Assembly: GCA_951406725.2 (NCBI GenBank)
Contig: OX597815.1
Span: 46,996,001-47,060,000 of the forward strand
Length of the DNA stretch: 64,000 bases
DNA from: Octopus vulgaris
Lineage: Eukaryota
Direction: 5' to 3'
Shown: positions 1 through 12,566 of the stretch, in pieces
Numbering within the stretch: the first letter of the stretch is position 1
Layout of the letters: the number at the start of each line of letters is the position of its first letter
Notes under the pieces: model-generated
Databases searched by the model: none
What the model saw: the letters and a program-made list of their open reading frames with translations, nothing else
What the model was told of the DNA's origin: nothing
Made by a program: the position numbers and the translations under genes

Positions 1-349
1 CACTTTTCTTCATTATCTTTTTCTTTGTGCTTTCTTCTCACATTCTCTTTCTTTGAGAAGGATTTTTCTCAATTTTCATACAATTTTCTCTTAAGGCTTC
101 TTGTGATCCGTCTATATCTATCTATAGATAAATAAAGAAGCATGAAGAAGTGTGTGTGTGTGTGTGTATGATCATTATCTATTTCACCTTATTTTATCGA
201 GTTTAATTTCATTCCTACAGTTTCTTTTCTCTTTGAGTTAAGTTTTCTATCTTTTACCCATTTATATTTCTTTCTTTCTGTCTCTCTCTTCTTTCTTTTT
301 TTCTTTCTTTCTTTCTTTCTTTGACTCTCTCTGTCTGTCTCTCTCTATT

Positions 350-381
350 TTACTCTCTCTTTCTCCCTCTCTCTCTCTCTC

Positions 382-466
<85 letters not shown>
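350..466. repeat. (CT)n microsatellite
   Basis: Long CT dinucleotide run; explains the RERERE ORF 262..567. Confidence 0.95.
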
Positions 467-468
<2 letters not shown>

Positions 469-902
469 ATATTTAAACTTATCTCTGTCTTTATTTTCAA
501 ATTTTCTTTCTGATTTCCGTGACCGCTTCTCTATAGTTTTGACCATTTTTTTCGCACCTTCTTTCATTTCTTTTTTCTATTTTATTCCTTTGTTGCTTTT
601 CTCCTTCCCTTTCCTTTTCTCTTAACCGCCTCTTCTTCCATATTTTTCTTTATTTTCGACGATCACTTCTTTTGTTATGTGATCTTTATCTCAAACCTCC
701 CTTCTTTTTGCTAACTTTAGTAACTACCTATTCATATATATAGATATTTAGTTTATAAGTCGTTCATGTATCCATCTGTCTTATCCGCCTTCTGAAATTT
801 AAACTTTCTATTTTTCGTTTTCAGATACCCTTTTATCTATCTTTCATTTGGATAAATTCATTTCGGTATTTCTTTTTCATTTCATCAATTCTTCATTCTA
901 GT

Positions 903-1198
903 GGAAGCACATGGCCTAGTGGTTAGAGCAGCGGATTCGCGGTCAAGGGATCATCGGTTCGAATCTCAGACCGGGTGATGTTTATGAGCGAAGCACCCAA
1001 GCTCCACGCGGCTCCGGTAGAAGGTAATGGCGAACTTCTGCTGACTCTTTCGCCACAATTTTCTCTCATTCTTTCCTCCTGCATCTTGCAGCTTATCTGC
1101 GACGGACCGGCGTCCTGTCCCGGTGGGGAACCTATACGCCAAGGAAACCGGGAAACCGGCCCTAATGAGTCAGGCAAGGCTCGAGAAGGAACAAACAA
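903..1198 (+). mobile_element. tRNA-derived SINE, family C variant
   Basis: A box TGGCCTAGTGG and B box GGTTCGAATC. The 3' part CTGCGACGGACCGGCGTCCTGTCC...GAAACCGGGAAACCGGCCC is shared with the copies at 28515 and 35586. Confidence 0.8.
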
Positions 1199-1349
1199 TT
1201 CTTCATTCTTACTGTTCACCATCTCTTTCGTTTAGTTTTCTTAGCCCAGCAAACTTTTCCCTTCGGAGATATTATTCCACAAATACGTTTATACTTCTTC
1301 CTCTTTCACTCCTTCATGGATTTTTCAATTATTTTCTGCTAATTTCATT

Positions 1350-1590
1350 CTCTTTACTCTTTTACTCTTTTACTTGTTTCAGTCATTTGACTACGGTCAT
1401 GCTGGAGCAGCGCCTTTAGTCGAGAAACTCAACCCCAGGACTTATTCTTTGTAAGCCTAGTACTTATTCTATCGGTCTCTTATGCCGAACCACTTAGTTA
1501 CGGGGACGTAAACACACCAGCATCGGTTGTCAAGCGACGTTGGGGGAGAAACACAGACGCACAAACACACACGCACATGCACACACACAT

Positions 1591-1655
<65 letters not shown>

Positions 1656-1821
1656 TACGACGGGCTTCTTTCAGTTTCTGTCTACCAAATTCACTCACAA
1701 AGCTTTGGTTGGCCCAAAGCTATAGTAGAAGACACTTTCCCAAGGTGCCACGAAGTGGGAATGAACCCAGAGCCATGTGGTTGGTAAGCAAGCTACTTAC
1801 CACACACCCACTCCTGCGCCT
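1350..1821 (-). mobile_element. tRNA-derived SINE family A, full length, internal (TA)n/(TG)n
   Basis: Reverse complement of the copy at 40588-41000: head AGGCGCAGGAGTGG..., tail ...ATGACTGAAACAAGTAAAAGAGTAAAAGAG. Confidence 0.92.
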
Positions 1822-2354
1822 TCAGTAATTATACCTTCTCGACTATCATATCCCACCTCTCACTCAAAATTCCGCCAAAATTTCTCCCCTTCTTTTTGCC
1901 CATAATTTTCTAACATTTCCACGTCTCTCCAGATTTTCTCCCCTTATATAAGTGAGAGAGTATCTAGAACTCCAGGCAGTACTCCTGAGAACACCGAGTA
2001 TCAGAGTGTATAAAGTGGATTCTTTTTTTGTTTTTGGTAAAAACCATAATTTCACACAAACTGCAAATCTAAATGGTTGACTATAGTAGTGTAATATAAT
2101 ATAACAAGTGAAGAATGGAATTGTTTATATAGAGTAGAGGCTATTTTATTAATGAGTTGATTCATCTATAAAAGCGGACTGAACGAAGTATATTGGCCAG
2201 TATGAGGATACCCGTCGGCACAGGGTGCATACTCCACCTACATCTCTGCGCTTAACACCGTTCTCGAGTTTCTCTTGACAAAGCGCTTTCCACTCAGAAA
2301 TATTGTTATATAAGGAAAAGTGCAAACTTAGGGAAAGCAAGAGTGTGTGCGTAT

Positions 2355-2396
<42 letters not shown>

Positions 2397-2518
2397 TCGG
2401 ATTGTCTTTTTATATAACTGAAACATACACACATGTATGTTGGTATGTATGTCTATCTGTATGTTGGTACGTATCTGTCTATATGTTCATATATTTATAT
2501 TTCATGATCAAACGATCA

Positions 2519-2519
2519 A

Positions 2520-2592
<73 letters not shown>
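2519..2592. repeat. (TATC)n microsatellite
   Basis: Tetranucleotide run. Confidence 0.95.
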
Positions 2593-2593
<1 letters not shown>

Positions 2594-3177
2594 CCTCCCC
2601 CCCCTCTCTCTCTCCCTCTCTCTATTTCATTTTCCGAAGCTCCCAAAACCCCTTCTAAACTGATGTGCCCTCTTTATCACCCTTTCCTTCCAATTTCCCC
2701 TTCACTTCTCTTCTTTTACACCCTCCTCATTCTCTCTCTCTCTCTCTCTCTCTCCCCTTCTCTCTCTTTCTCTCTCTCATTGTCTCTGCTCTTCCTGTGT
2801 ATGCTTCTCAGGAAATAACGAATGCCTGAGTGAAAGAGAGAAAAAGAAAATGAGAGAGACATAGAGAGAGTAACATAGATCAGAAGAGGAAAGAAAGGGG
2901 AAGTTGTCTAATCCTTTATGAAGTACTGTGTCTGTCCATGTTGCCTTCTGGCCCCGCTGTTTTCCTATTAAATCTATGAATTAATAAAATCACAATGGGA
3001 TCCGCAATCAGTCTACGTTAATACACATTTCCATTCCGAAGTAAGACGCATGTCGTTTTCCAAATCACAGACATGTCAGGATTGGTGTGTCCCTCGTTTA
3101 GATTTGTATACAGAGTATATAATATATATGTCTGTGTATATTTCTGTGTGTGTATGTATGTGTGTGTGTGTGTGTGC

Positions 3178-3239
<62 letters not shown>

Positions 3240-3776
3240 GTATGTGTTATTCCATGTCTGTAAGTGAATGCTTATGCAAACTTTATTTATGGTCGCAGTC
3301 TAATGACTGAAATAAGGTAAGAATATATATATATATACATATACCTACATATTTGTCCTTGTATGTTGCATATGAGTGTGTATATAAAAATACATGTGCT
3401 TATATATATATAAATCCTTATGTGTATGTATGTGTATGTATGTAAATACCCCCCCACACACATATATATATACACTCACCATACATACACACGCGCCTAT
3501 ATACGTTGTTTGTGTCTGTAATCACGTATACACACATACTCATAGAACAAATAAATACGCACATATATATTTAAACGCAACACACACACACACACACACT
3601 TTCATATATGTTCATATGCAAGATTGAGTGTTTGTATGTATGACGATGTGTGAGCGTGTAGCCATTTGCATTACACACTGCGTGTAGCTTGTTTCAATTA
3701 GTTAATTCCTTCCGTTTTGTTTCGAATATTAGAGCGTGTGTGTGTGTATGTGTGTGTATGTATGTGTGTGTATGTA

Positions 3777-3815
<39 letters not shown>

Positions 3816-4199
3816 AAGAGAGGGAAGGAGGGACAGCGATGGTGCTTTCATTGTGTAGTTGGTGAGTTACTCGTATCATAGAGACTGGGTCTCTACACTT
3901 ATTATGGCCTGATAAAGTCGTTTGGGTTGCGATGTGAGACAGAATCAGATCACTGTGAGAAGCGTTAACAACTCCAACAAGAGCTATCGTCACGTTCCCA
4001 ATTTGGTTTTTTGCAAATAATTAATTTGATAACTGTGTTTCCTGCTACAGGCAATACAAATGTAATATAGTGTTTTTCCATATTTCATCTAGTGAGAACC
4101 GTTGACAGTTGACATGTGCTCTGACTTTCACAGTGGCAGAAAGATAGTTTGAAATCGAAGTTAGTGCTTATTTTTTAGACTAGTATTCCTCAATGTTTC

Positions 4200-4400
4200 A
4201 ACTTCTTTTATTTCTCTTGCCGAATAGTTTTTCGCAGGACGAACACATACCTATACTGGTTGCCAAGCGGTGCGATAATAACACAAATTAGTGCGCATGC
4301 CCATTTACAGACCGGGTTCTGTACAATTTTCGCCTACCAGATTTATTCACAAAGCACTAGTTGACAAGGTACTATAGTAAAAACCATTGCTCGAAGAGCA
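4200..4400 (-). mobile_element. Degenerate SINE family A fragment
   Basis: Diverged matches to family A motifs (ttgccgaa, ctggttgccaagcgg, ctaccagatttattcacaaag, ctatagta). Confidence 0.55.
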
Positions 4401-5689
4401 ATTTTTGGCTAAAATAAAACGCTTTGAATACAAAAGTCGAAGTTTTATCCACTTAGAGTTCAACCGTTAAAAGCGAATTACTTCACGATCCCTTGAAGTT
4501 TCTTAATTCGTATGAATGTGTGTGTACACGTATACACACTTTAAAATATATCTTAGAAGGTATGAAACGTTACGAAAAGTATTGGGTATGATAGATTGGT
4601 TCCTCCTATGCTTCACTTGATTTGACATTAATCATCATAACTTCATGTAGATTAGTGTGCAGAGTACCCTACACAATATAGAAATGGAACCGGTTTTCCA
4701 TGTTTATATAATGTGTTTCAGTCAGTCAACCGCCGTTCATTACGTAAGCCGTTAAGTCGTATTACGTAGCACATTGCAGCCAGCTCATTTCTTTAGAATT
4801 AGCAAGAATACCTAATAATGCTGAGGAAGCGTGCCGGCTGCGTTGCGTTGTGTGACAGGGTCTATTGGCTTACATAATAAATGGCAGTCGGTTTACTGAA
4901 AGACGTGTATAAAGCATAAAATACCGGTTACATTTTCGGTCTTCTGTGTATGTTTGTGAATAGAACTCATATGAGTAAAAAAGAGAGACGGAGACAGACA
5001 GAAAAAAGGAAAATGTCCCTTACATTTGAAACCTATGGAAATATTAAAATAAAACATTTCATTTAATTTTTCCACAATTTAATTGTTTTTCATGCTTTAC
5101 TCTAAGTTGAAAAAGTCGCAAAAATGGAAGCCGGTACTAAAATGTTCTTCCTGATAAAAGTATTTTAGCATTTTCTACTACTATTTACTATTTATTGTTT
5201 TTGTACTTTATTGATTTTTAGAATAAGGTTTTTATAGTATATGTTTTCATTATTGATTTGTCTAATAGAGGTTTTTCTCTAAATTATATACATATACTAT
5301 ATATTGTGAAATTTGATTTAGAATTGCTAAATTGAATTTTCCCTGTAAGTTTGAAATTATATTCCTTACTATTATATGTGTGTGTGTGTGTGTGTGTTTG
5401 TGTGTGTATGTGTGTGCGTTTACCTTCATCTACTTCACAGCCTTATTTACGATTCCGGGACTTCACAGCTTTATTTACGATTTCGGGACTTATTTCATCG
5501 CCCCAAAATGAACCATAGAAAAACTACCCGAGATAAAAATAAGTTCCCGGCTCGGTTTGATTATTGAATTCCAGTATAGGCGCAGTCAAAAACCCAGAAC
5601 AAAGTAAAAATGTAGTTTACATGTTTGTGTATATGTGTGTGTGCATGCATGCGTGCGTGCGTGTGTGTGCTTGTGTGTGTGTGTTTGTA

Positions 5690-5720
<31 letters not shown>

Positions 5721-6252
5721 ACGCGCGCGCTTGCGTGTTGGGTATGGCTGCGTGGTCAAGAAGGCATCGCAACCAAGTTGCTTCGAGTTCAATCAAACCG
5801 CAAGGCTCTTTTGTCAACAGTCTTCTATTATAGCTTCAAGTCAATCAGTGTCTCATGGAGGAATTTGATGGATGGAAACTGTACGGAATCCCATCATGTG
5901 TGCATGTGTGTGATAATATTAGGGACATTTCGTAAATACAATAATATCTTTTCGTGAAAATGTAACAAACTACAGAATTTGATAAAATTATGCCACTCCA
6001 ATTCGCAATATTTTAGGGACGAGGTGTAGTTGGTATTATTGAATTGAGTACATAACTTATTAGAGCCAGCAATGATGCCTCTACCATTTATCTGACTATC
6101 TTCTTTTCCTGCAAGAAAAAGGAAGGAACCAAACCTACAGTAAATAGCCACCTACTGTTTAAAACAAGAAATGCGAGTTCGTACTGGATGGCATAATCAT
6201 TGACATCTCAAATACGAAATTGTCACAGCTCGAACAACTGCATATTAATGCT

Positions 6253-6455
6253 AAGGCGACTAGCTGGTAAAATCGCTAGCACTCCAGGCAACATGCTTAG
6301 TGGCATTCTGTCTGTCTTTATGTTCTGAGTTCAAATTCCACCGAAGTCGACTTTTATTTTCATTCTTTCGGGGGTAGATAAAACAAGTATCAGTTGAACA
6401 CTGATTATTCCCCCCAACCGAAATTGTTGACCTCGTACCAAAATTTAAAAACATT
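6253..6455 (+). mobile_element. Degenerate SINE family B
   Basis: AAGGCGACTAGCTGG...GTTCTGAGTTCAAATTCCACCGAAGTCGACTTT matches 7152-7386. Confidence 0.75.
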
Positions 6456-6984
6456 ATTTACTAATGCTGATTTAGAGGCAAAACACCGGCAACATCTAAA
6501 ATCATTTTCTTGTCTCAATAGGCATTTGAACTTAGAACAAAAATAAACCAAAATATTTTCGCTTTTGTCAGGCTTTTAGTAATTTTTCCTCATTCCTAGA
6601 GTCGCTATTACACTAATTATCGATGTTTAGCTTTGAGACAATTCCGCATAATTTGGTTTGGGGATTATTGCTACTTAGCTACTTTGGACATTAACCAATA
6701 CGAAGAGCCGCTTTGTTCCGGTATACAATCTTTTCTGCTGTGTTCACAATCACTTGGATTACTAATTTTCTACATACCCTTCTTGGATTCAATTAGTTCT
6801 ACCCTGAAATATAACTGATTTATTTCACCGACGTTGGAAGAACGGAAGGCAAAAATTCATCTAAGCAGAGTATGGACTCTTGAATAAAGCTCCCTGGATG
6901 TCATATCTCGGGTTACCCAGTTTGCAGGGCGTATAAGTGATTGATGTGGCAACATTCTTTTTGAATGGAGCGTCAGTCCACAGT

Positions 6985-7130
6985 AGGGTTTCACTTTTAC
7001 AACTAACTGAACTGGAACAACGTGATATGAAGTATTTTGCTGAAAAACACGATGCCTCTCTCGGTCAGGGAATCGAAACCTCGATCTCACGATCGTGAGT
7101 TTAACAAGCTAACCACGAGGCCACGCGTGG
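6985..7130 (-). mobile_element. SINE family C 5' part
   Basis: Reverse tRNA head (GGAATCGAAACC, AACCACGAGGCCACGCG) plus CTGGAACAACGTGATATGAAGTATTTTGCT, as in other C copies. Confidence 0.65.
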
Positions 7131-7151
7131 TAAATATATATATAGCATTTT

Positions 7152-7386
7152 AAGGCGGCGAGCTGGCAGAAACGCTATCACGCCGGGCGAAATGCGTAGC
7201 CGTATTTCGTCTGCCGTTACGTTCTGAGTTCAAATTCCGCCAAGATCGACTTTGCCTTTCATCCTTTCGGGATCGATAAATTAAGTACCAGTTACGCACT
7301 GGGGTCGGTGTAATCGACTTAATCCATTTGTCTGTCCTTGTCTGTCCCCTCTGTGTTTAGCCCCTTGTGGGTAGTAAAGAGATATG
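7152..7386 (+). mobile_element. SINE family B, full length, with 15-bp TSD
   Basis: Head AAGGCGGCGAGCTGGCAGAA, B-box-like GAGTTCAAATTCC, core GCCTTTCATCCTTTCGGGATCGATAAATTAAGTACCAG. Flanked by direct repeat TATATATAGCATTTT (7137-7151 and 7387-7401). Confidence 0.93.
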
Positions 7387-7589
7387 TATATATAGCATTT
7401 TTGTTCAGAACTCAATCATTCTCATCAGATTCGCTTATATCATTAAATATGATAATATAATTGGAACTAGCTTACGCACAAAAAGACAGGTAACATATAT
7501 GCAGCCGTTTGCTAGACAAGGCAAGTTATTCTATTTGCATAGGCGGAGTCTTACTGGATAATATGATGGACACCGACCCGTCGAAGACG

Positions 7590-7864
7590 AAGTATGAGCC
7601 TTCACCGTTTACCGAACGAACTGCACAAATGACTTGTTTATAGTGATCAAATGTATGTGCCGTGCATTAGCTCACTCCCACCATCAAATCGATGTTATTT
7701 GAATAGGTGCACTGTGTACAGCGCGTCAGGGGTCGAAGTGATTGGAGAGTAACGTGAGATAAATGTTTTGTTCACGAACACAACGCGTTGCCCGGTCTAG
7801 GAATTGAAACCACAATCTTTTGTTCGTGAGTGCAACACCCACACTACTAGGCCATGCGCCCTCA
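7590..7864 (-). mobile_element. SINE family C variant
   Basis: Reverse tRNA head (GGAATTGAAACC...ACTAGGCCATGCGCC) and GAGTAACGTGAGATAAATGTTTTGTTCACGAACACAAC core. Confidence 0.7.
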
Positions 7865-8179
7865 CTGGATAATATAACGGTACATAATGTTCAAAAGAAG
7901 TAAACGATGGTCAAGTGTGGAACATCTTACATCGTAGGTCTGCTTGATCAGCGATGACCTGGGGTTAACCAATACCAGTACCAATTAATTAAATGAAAAT
8001 AAAACTTACATATTTACTCAATGTGTAACTTTAAAATTAAGCAAAAAATATATAAATATCAGTTTAGAAGCAAAACAAAAACACGCAGGAATTTTTCTCA
8101 TTTTGGAGTTTCTTCGAAAATTTTGTACATATGTACTCATAGCAAATAGGTTTGGTCTAGCTTATTTACACAAGCACCC

Positions 8180-8269
8180 ATACATACATACATACATACA
8201 TACATACATACATACATACATACATACATACATACATACATACAAAGATGGTATCTTTCTTCGTGCGCG

Positions 8270-8304
<35 letters not shown>

Positions 8305-8326
8305 CTGTGTATATATATATATATAT

Positions 8327-8416
<90 letters not shown>

Positions 8417-8430
8417 CCACCCCCACACAC
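8180..8430. repeat. Compound (CATA)n/(TA)n microsatellite
   Basis: Direct reading. Confidence 0.95.
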
Positions 8431-8630
8431 ACGCTAACAAAGATGTGTTTTGCGGTAGGGGCACGAAACAGATGTCTCTGGTTAATTAGTGCATGTCTAC
8501 TTCGTTACACAAGCCATGTGTAGCAATTATTATCGTTGGGTTCGTTCGCATGAACTTCTATCAGTGAACAGAAAGAAACCCTATCTTACACGCTAATTAT
8601 GTCGCAACCAAAATCGTTGACGATTTAGGC

Positions 8631-8708
<78 letters not shown>

Positions 8709-9619
8709 TATACACACATGCTTGTGACAGTTGCGAAGCATTACATACTACCATATATCATACATACGAAAGGGCACGAGGGATAATGGAAATGCTATAG
8801 TCTTGGGTTCTCTTTACGTGGGCAAAATGGGTGATGGGCACAGCTAGGATGCCATTTATCACACGTCTGCTTGATCAAAACTGGCTTGGGGGTTAAACAA
8901 TAACAATGTCAATGAATACGGTAAGAACTGCTGTGAAATTGTGAAGAACACGATGCTAGTCGAAGTGAGGTGAACCGAGATGGCGAACTGTTTTTGATTA
9001 TCACGTATGCCAACAAGGAAGACTCAGTCGCTTGCCCCGCTATAAATAGCAGTCAAAATTCTCTCAGATCACACTGTCGTTTTAAAAAAGGGAAACATTA
9101 GATAACGTAATACTAACTAAACTCCGGTTACATTATCTATTCTAGAAATATAGAAGACTTCAGTATGCTCCTTCGTACGTATGCACCTTCATAAGTCGGA
9201 TGTGACCTAAGATTAATTCACGACAACATTTTAGCTTTACAGTTAAATGTTGTCTGGTGCCCGTATTTTTCAATTCTTGTTTTTTAGTTTTCCTTTTCTT
9301 CTTGAAATGACCGCAACTAAGATGCTTTTCTCCCGCGAATTTGTCCCTTTGTAGGTTTGGCAGGTTTTCAGTTTCAGGTAGGAGTGTGGTCCTCCTCATT
9401 TATTAGTACGCAGAATACACCAGAATTTTACATCAAGTATGACTTATCCAATCAGCACGATAGCAACACTCTGCAAAACCTATTCTGCGTTGACCAACTA
9501 GAACGGAGATATGTGGAATGTTTTCAAGTTTCCTCCTTGTTCATGTGTTCACACTCTGGGTTGTCTTAAGGTTTCATGAGAAGCTAGTGCATGTACCATC
9601 AAAGCGATCTTGAAACACA

Positions 9620-10802
9620 TACGAAAGCGGGCTGAAAAGTTTGTAGGTCAACTATGAAGGAGTGATGCTAGACTCGTGAAATTTTGCGTGCATTAATTTC
9701 AACCTTTGCTAAATACTGCATTGTTTCTTTGGAGGTAAACAGACATTTGACTGTTCAAAGAACACTTCAAAAGTAACTAGGAACAATTTCTCTTGAAAAA
9801 TCAAGAAAATTTGGTAATGTGTTGTTATCGAGTCCCTGCAGAAAAAGGGTATAGCTCCAAACAACATTCATGCTGACATAGTTGTTACATTAGGGGAAGA
9901 TGCTCCAGCGTTATCAACAGTGCAAACGTAGGCAGCTGAATTTAGAAAGGGAACGGGGAGTCTTGAAGATGACCTAAGGTCTAGGTGTCCTGAAACTTCC
10001 ACTACCGAGGAAAACATTGGTCGCGTTCACCATATGATCATGGGTGGCAGGTGATTGACTATAAATGAGATTAGCATATGAGAGCAATGTGATTAGCATT
10101 TCGTATGAGACAGTTGAGAATATTCTGCACAATGAAAACAGCATGAAGGTTTTAGCTTGGGGGTGCCACATCATCTGATATGTAATCTTAAGCGCACCAG
10201 ACTGATCACATGACGGGAAAATTTGACATTGTTTGAGGTAGATACAACTGGTTTCCTTGAAGGTTTCCTAAGCCAGGGTGAGTGTTGGGTTCATCACTTA
10301 GAGCAAGCAATAAAGAGACAATCCATGTTGTGGAAACACACCTCGCCTGCTCCAAAAAAGGCCAAGATCGTTTCATCCACAGAGAAAGTTTTTGGGGATG
10401 TAAAAGGCATTGTATTTATCGACTATCTTCAAAAGAGCTGCGCTATCGATGCAGAGAACTATGCCAACTTGTTAAGGCAGTTATGAAAGATATCAGGACA
10501 AAAAAGGCCAGAAAAACTGACGAAAAGAGTCTTGTTTCATCAACGCAATACTCCAGCACACAACATTGTTGTATGTAACTGTGTCTTTCAGTTGGTCGTC
10601 CTCCCATTTCTCCTGATTTGGCTCCATCTGACTATCATCCGTTCCCCAACATAGAAAGCACTTAGCTGGTAACCAGTTTCGCAACGATGAATCAAGAACT
10701 GTGTGGACCGTAAGGGTGTCTGCGTTGAGAAATAAACCGAATTTAGTCACATTCCATGAGAGTATTTTGGTCTGTACAATAACATTTCAGCCGACTTACG
10801 TA
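9620..10802 (+). mobile_element. Decayed mariner (Tc1/mariner) DNA transposon, transposase pseudogene
   Basis: Imperfect TIRs TACGAAAGCGGGCTGAAAAGTT / AACATTTCAGCCGACTTACGTA. Broken transposase segments LGEDAPALSTVQT*AAEFRKG..SLEDDLRS, GECWVHH, GIVFIDYLQK and a decayed SPDLAPSDY region (CTCCTGATTTGGCTCCATCTGACTATCAT). Confidence 0.9.
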
Positions 10803-10980
10803 CTTCATTGTCAAGATATCAGTTCTACTTTGGGAAAACAATATGGCAATATTTGATTACCTGAATTGTCAAATTCTTGCGGAAGGCTTGCCCGTCTTTT
10901 GGTGTAACGTATGCAAGCAATAGCAATAATAGCAGGAAATTTTCAAAAAACTAATCACAAAACAAATCACCTTTTTATCG

Positions 10981-11060
<80 letters not shown>

Positions 11061-11065
<5 letters not shown>

Positions 11066-11985
11066 AATAAAATATATGCATATATATAAACATATATGTA
11101 CGTACCTACCTCTACATGTACATATACATATATGTGTACAGGACACCAAAAGGACGTCGAACACATATATAGACGAAAAATACATACACAAACCATGGAA
11201 CAAGACAAGCAAAAAAAGGAGATACAGGACAATAAGCACAACGAAAAATCCCCTTCTTCAGTCGCTAAAGTTTCATCTACTAAACGTTTCGAAGGATAAA
11301 AGCGAGACGTATACTTCGAATGAAAAATTCCTTCCCGCGAAAAGCAAATCAATTAAAATTCTGAGATCTTGTCGCAGAGGGGTAAAAAAAGCAAGACGGT
11401 AACGACAGTACAAACATATAAACAGTAAAAAATATATATATAAACAGTGGAAAAATAAATATATAACAGTGAGAGACAGGACAAGGAGAACAAGATAAGA
11501 AGGGCTGTTAACGCCAGACGAAAAAAGTATTGCAAACGCTGGATTATAGTGGACGACGAGAGAGGAAGATGTCGACCAGTGGCCTTAGAAGGCAGGCGAG
11601 AAAGGACGGGACAGCAGTTACGACGGAAGTACGTCGCAGATGGACGACGGGAATGGGGGAGGAGGAGCAAGAGGAAGAGAGAGAAGAAGGGGAATGGTGC
11701 GAGGAGACCATGAAGAACAGTGAGGGGGAGAGAGAGAGGAAGAGACAAGTTAAGTGAGGGAAAAAAGACGAAAAAGGGAATGGGAGAGAAAGAAAGAAAG
11801 ATGCAGAGTCGCGTGAGAGTTAATATCAAGGCGAACTTGATAAACAGAACAATCTTACTTAATAGGGTGCGTGCGTTTAGTCGTATAATATGTTAATAAA
11901 ATATATGCATATATATAAACATATATGTACGTACCTACCTCTACATGTACATATACACGCATATATGTGTACAGGACACCAAAAG

Positions 11986-11988
<3 letters not shown>
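11061..11988 (-). mobile_element. Putative non-autonomous PLE-type repeat with ~95-bp terminal direct repeat
   Basis: 11061-11155 recurs at 11890-11988; both ends lie in (TA)n; no ORF. PLE assignment is inferred from the partial-tandem geometry and hammerhead-like core motifs. Confidence 0.45.
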
Positions 11989-12034
<46 letters not shown>

Positions 12035-12052
12035 CATACGTATATATGTATA

Positions 12053-12116
<64 letters not shown>

Positions 12117-12149
12117 GGAGTTGAGGCTACTAACCCCAAGATTCCGAGA

Positions 12150-12273
12150 TATACCTCCCAGCCTTCATCAGGTGTCTTGGGGAAATTTTGAACCTGGGAT
12201 CTCATTCCTAATGTAGTTTTCGATGTTGTTGTTGTTGTTGTTATTATTATTGTTGTTGTTGTTGTTGTTATTA

Positions 12274-12325
<52 letters not shown>

Positions 12326-12333
12326 CATTATTA

Positions 12334-12380
<47 letters not shown>

Positions 12381-12455
12381 CAGGTCACTGCCTGGAATCG
12401 AACTCGGAATCTTGGGGTTACTAGCCCGCGCTCTTAACCACTACGCCATATGCCC
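12150..12455 (-). mobile_element. Hammerhead-bearing tRNA-SINE (family H), 3'-truncated copy
   Basis: Minus strand: tRNA-like head GGGCATATGGCGTAGTGGTTAAGAGCGCGGGCTAGTAACCCCAAGATTCCGAGTTCGATTCCAGGCAGTGACC, then (AAT)n, then GACAC-CTGATGA-AGGCTGG truncated in loop II. Confidence 0.85.
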
Positions 12456-12488
12456 AAGATTCCGAGTTCGATTCCAGGCAGTGACCTG

Positions 12489-12519
<31 letters not shown>

Positions 12520-12520
12520 G

Positions 12521-12566
<46 letters not shown>

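Noticed and set aside
2199-2233. Hairpin AGTATG-AGGA-TACCC...GGGTG-CATACT, superficially like the MS2 operator or an HDV ribozyme start
   Set aside because: Single copy; no nested pseudoknot could be built; short enough to arise by chance.
12380-12455. Apparent tRNA gene
   Set aside because: Acceptor and T stems pair poorly, and the sequence is the head of a repeated element (also at 19178 and 53836).
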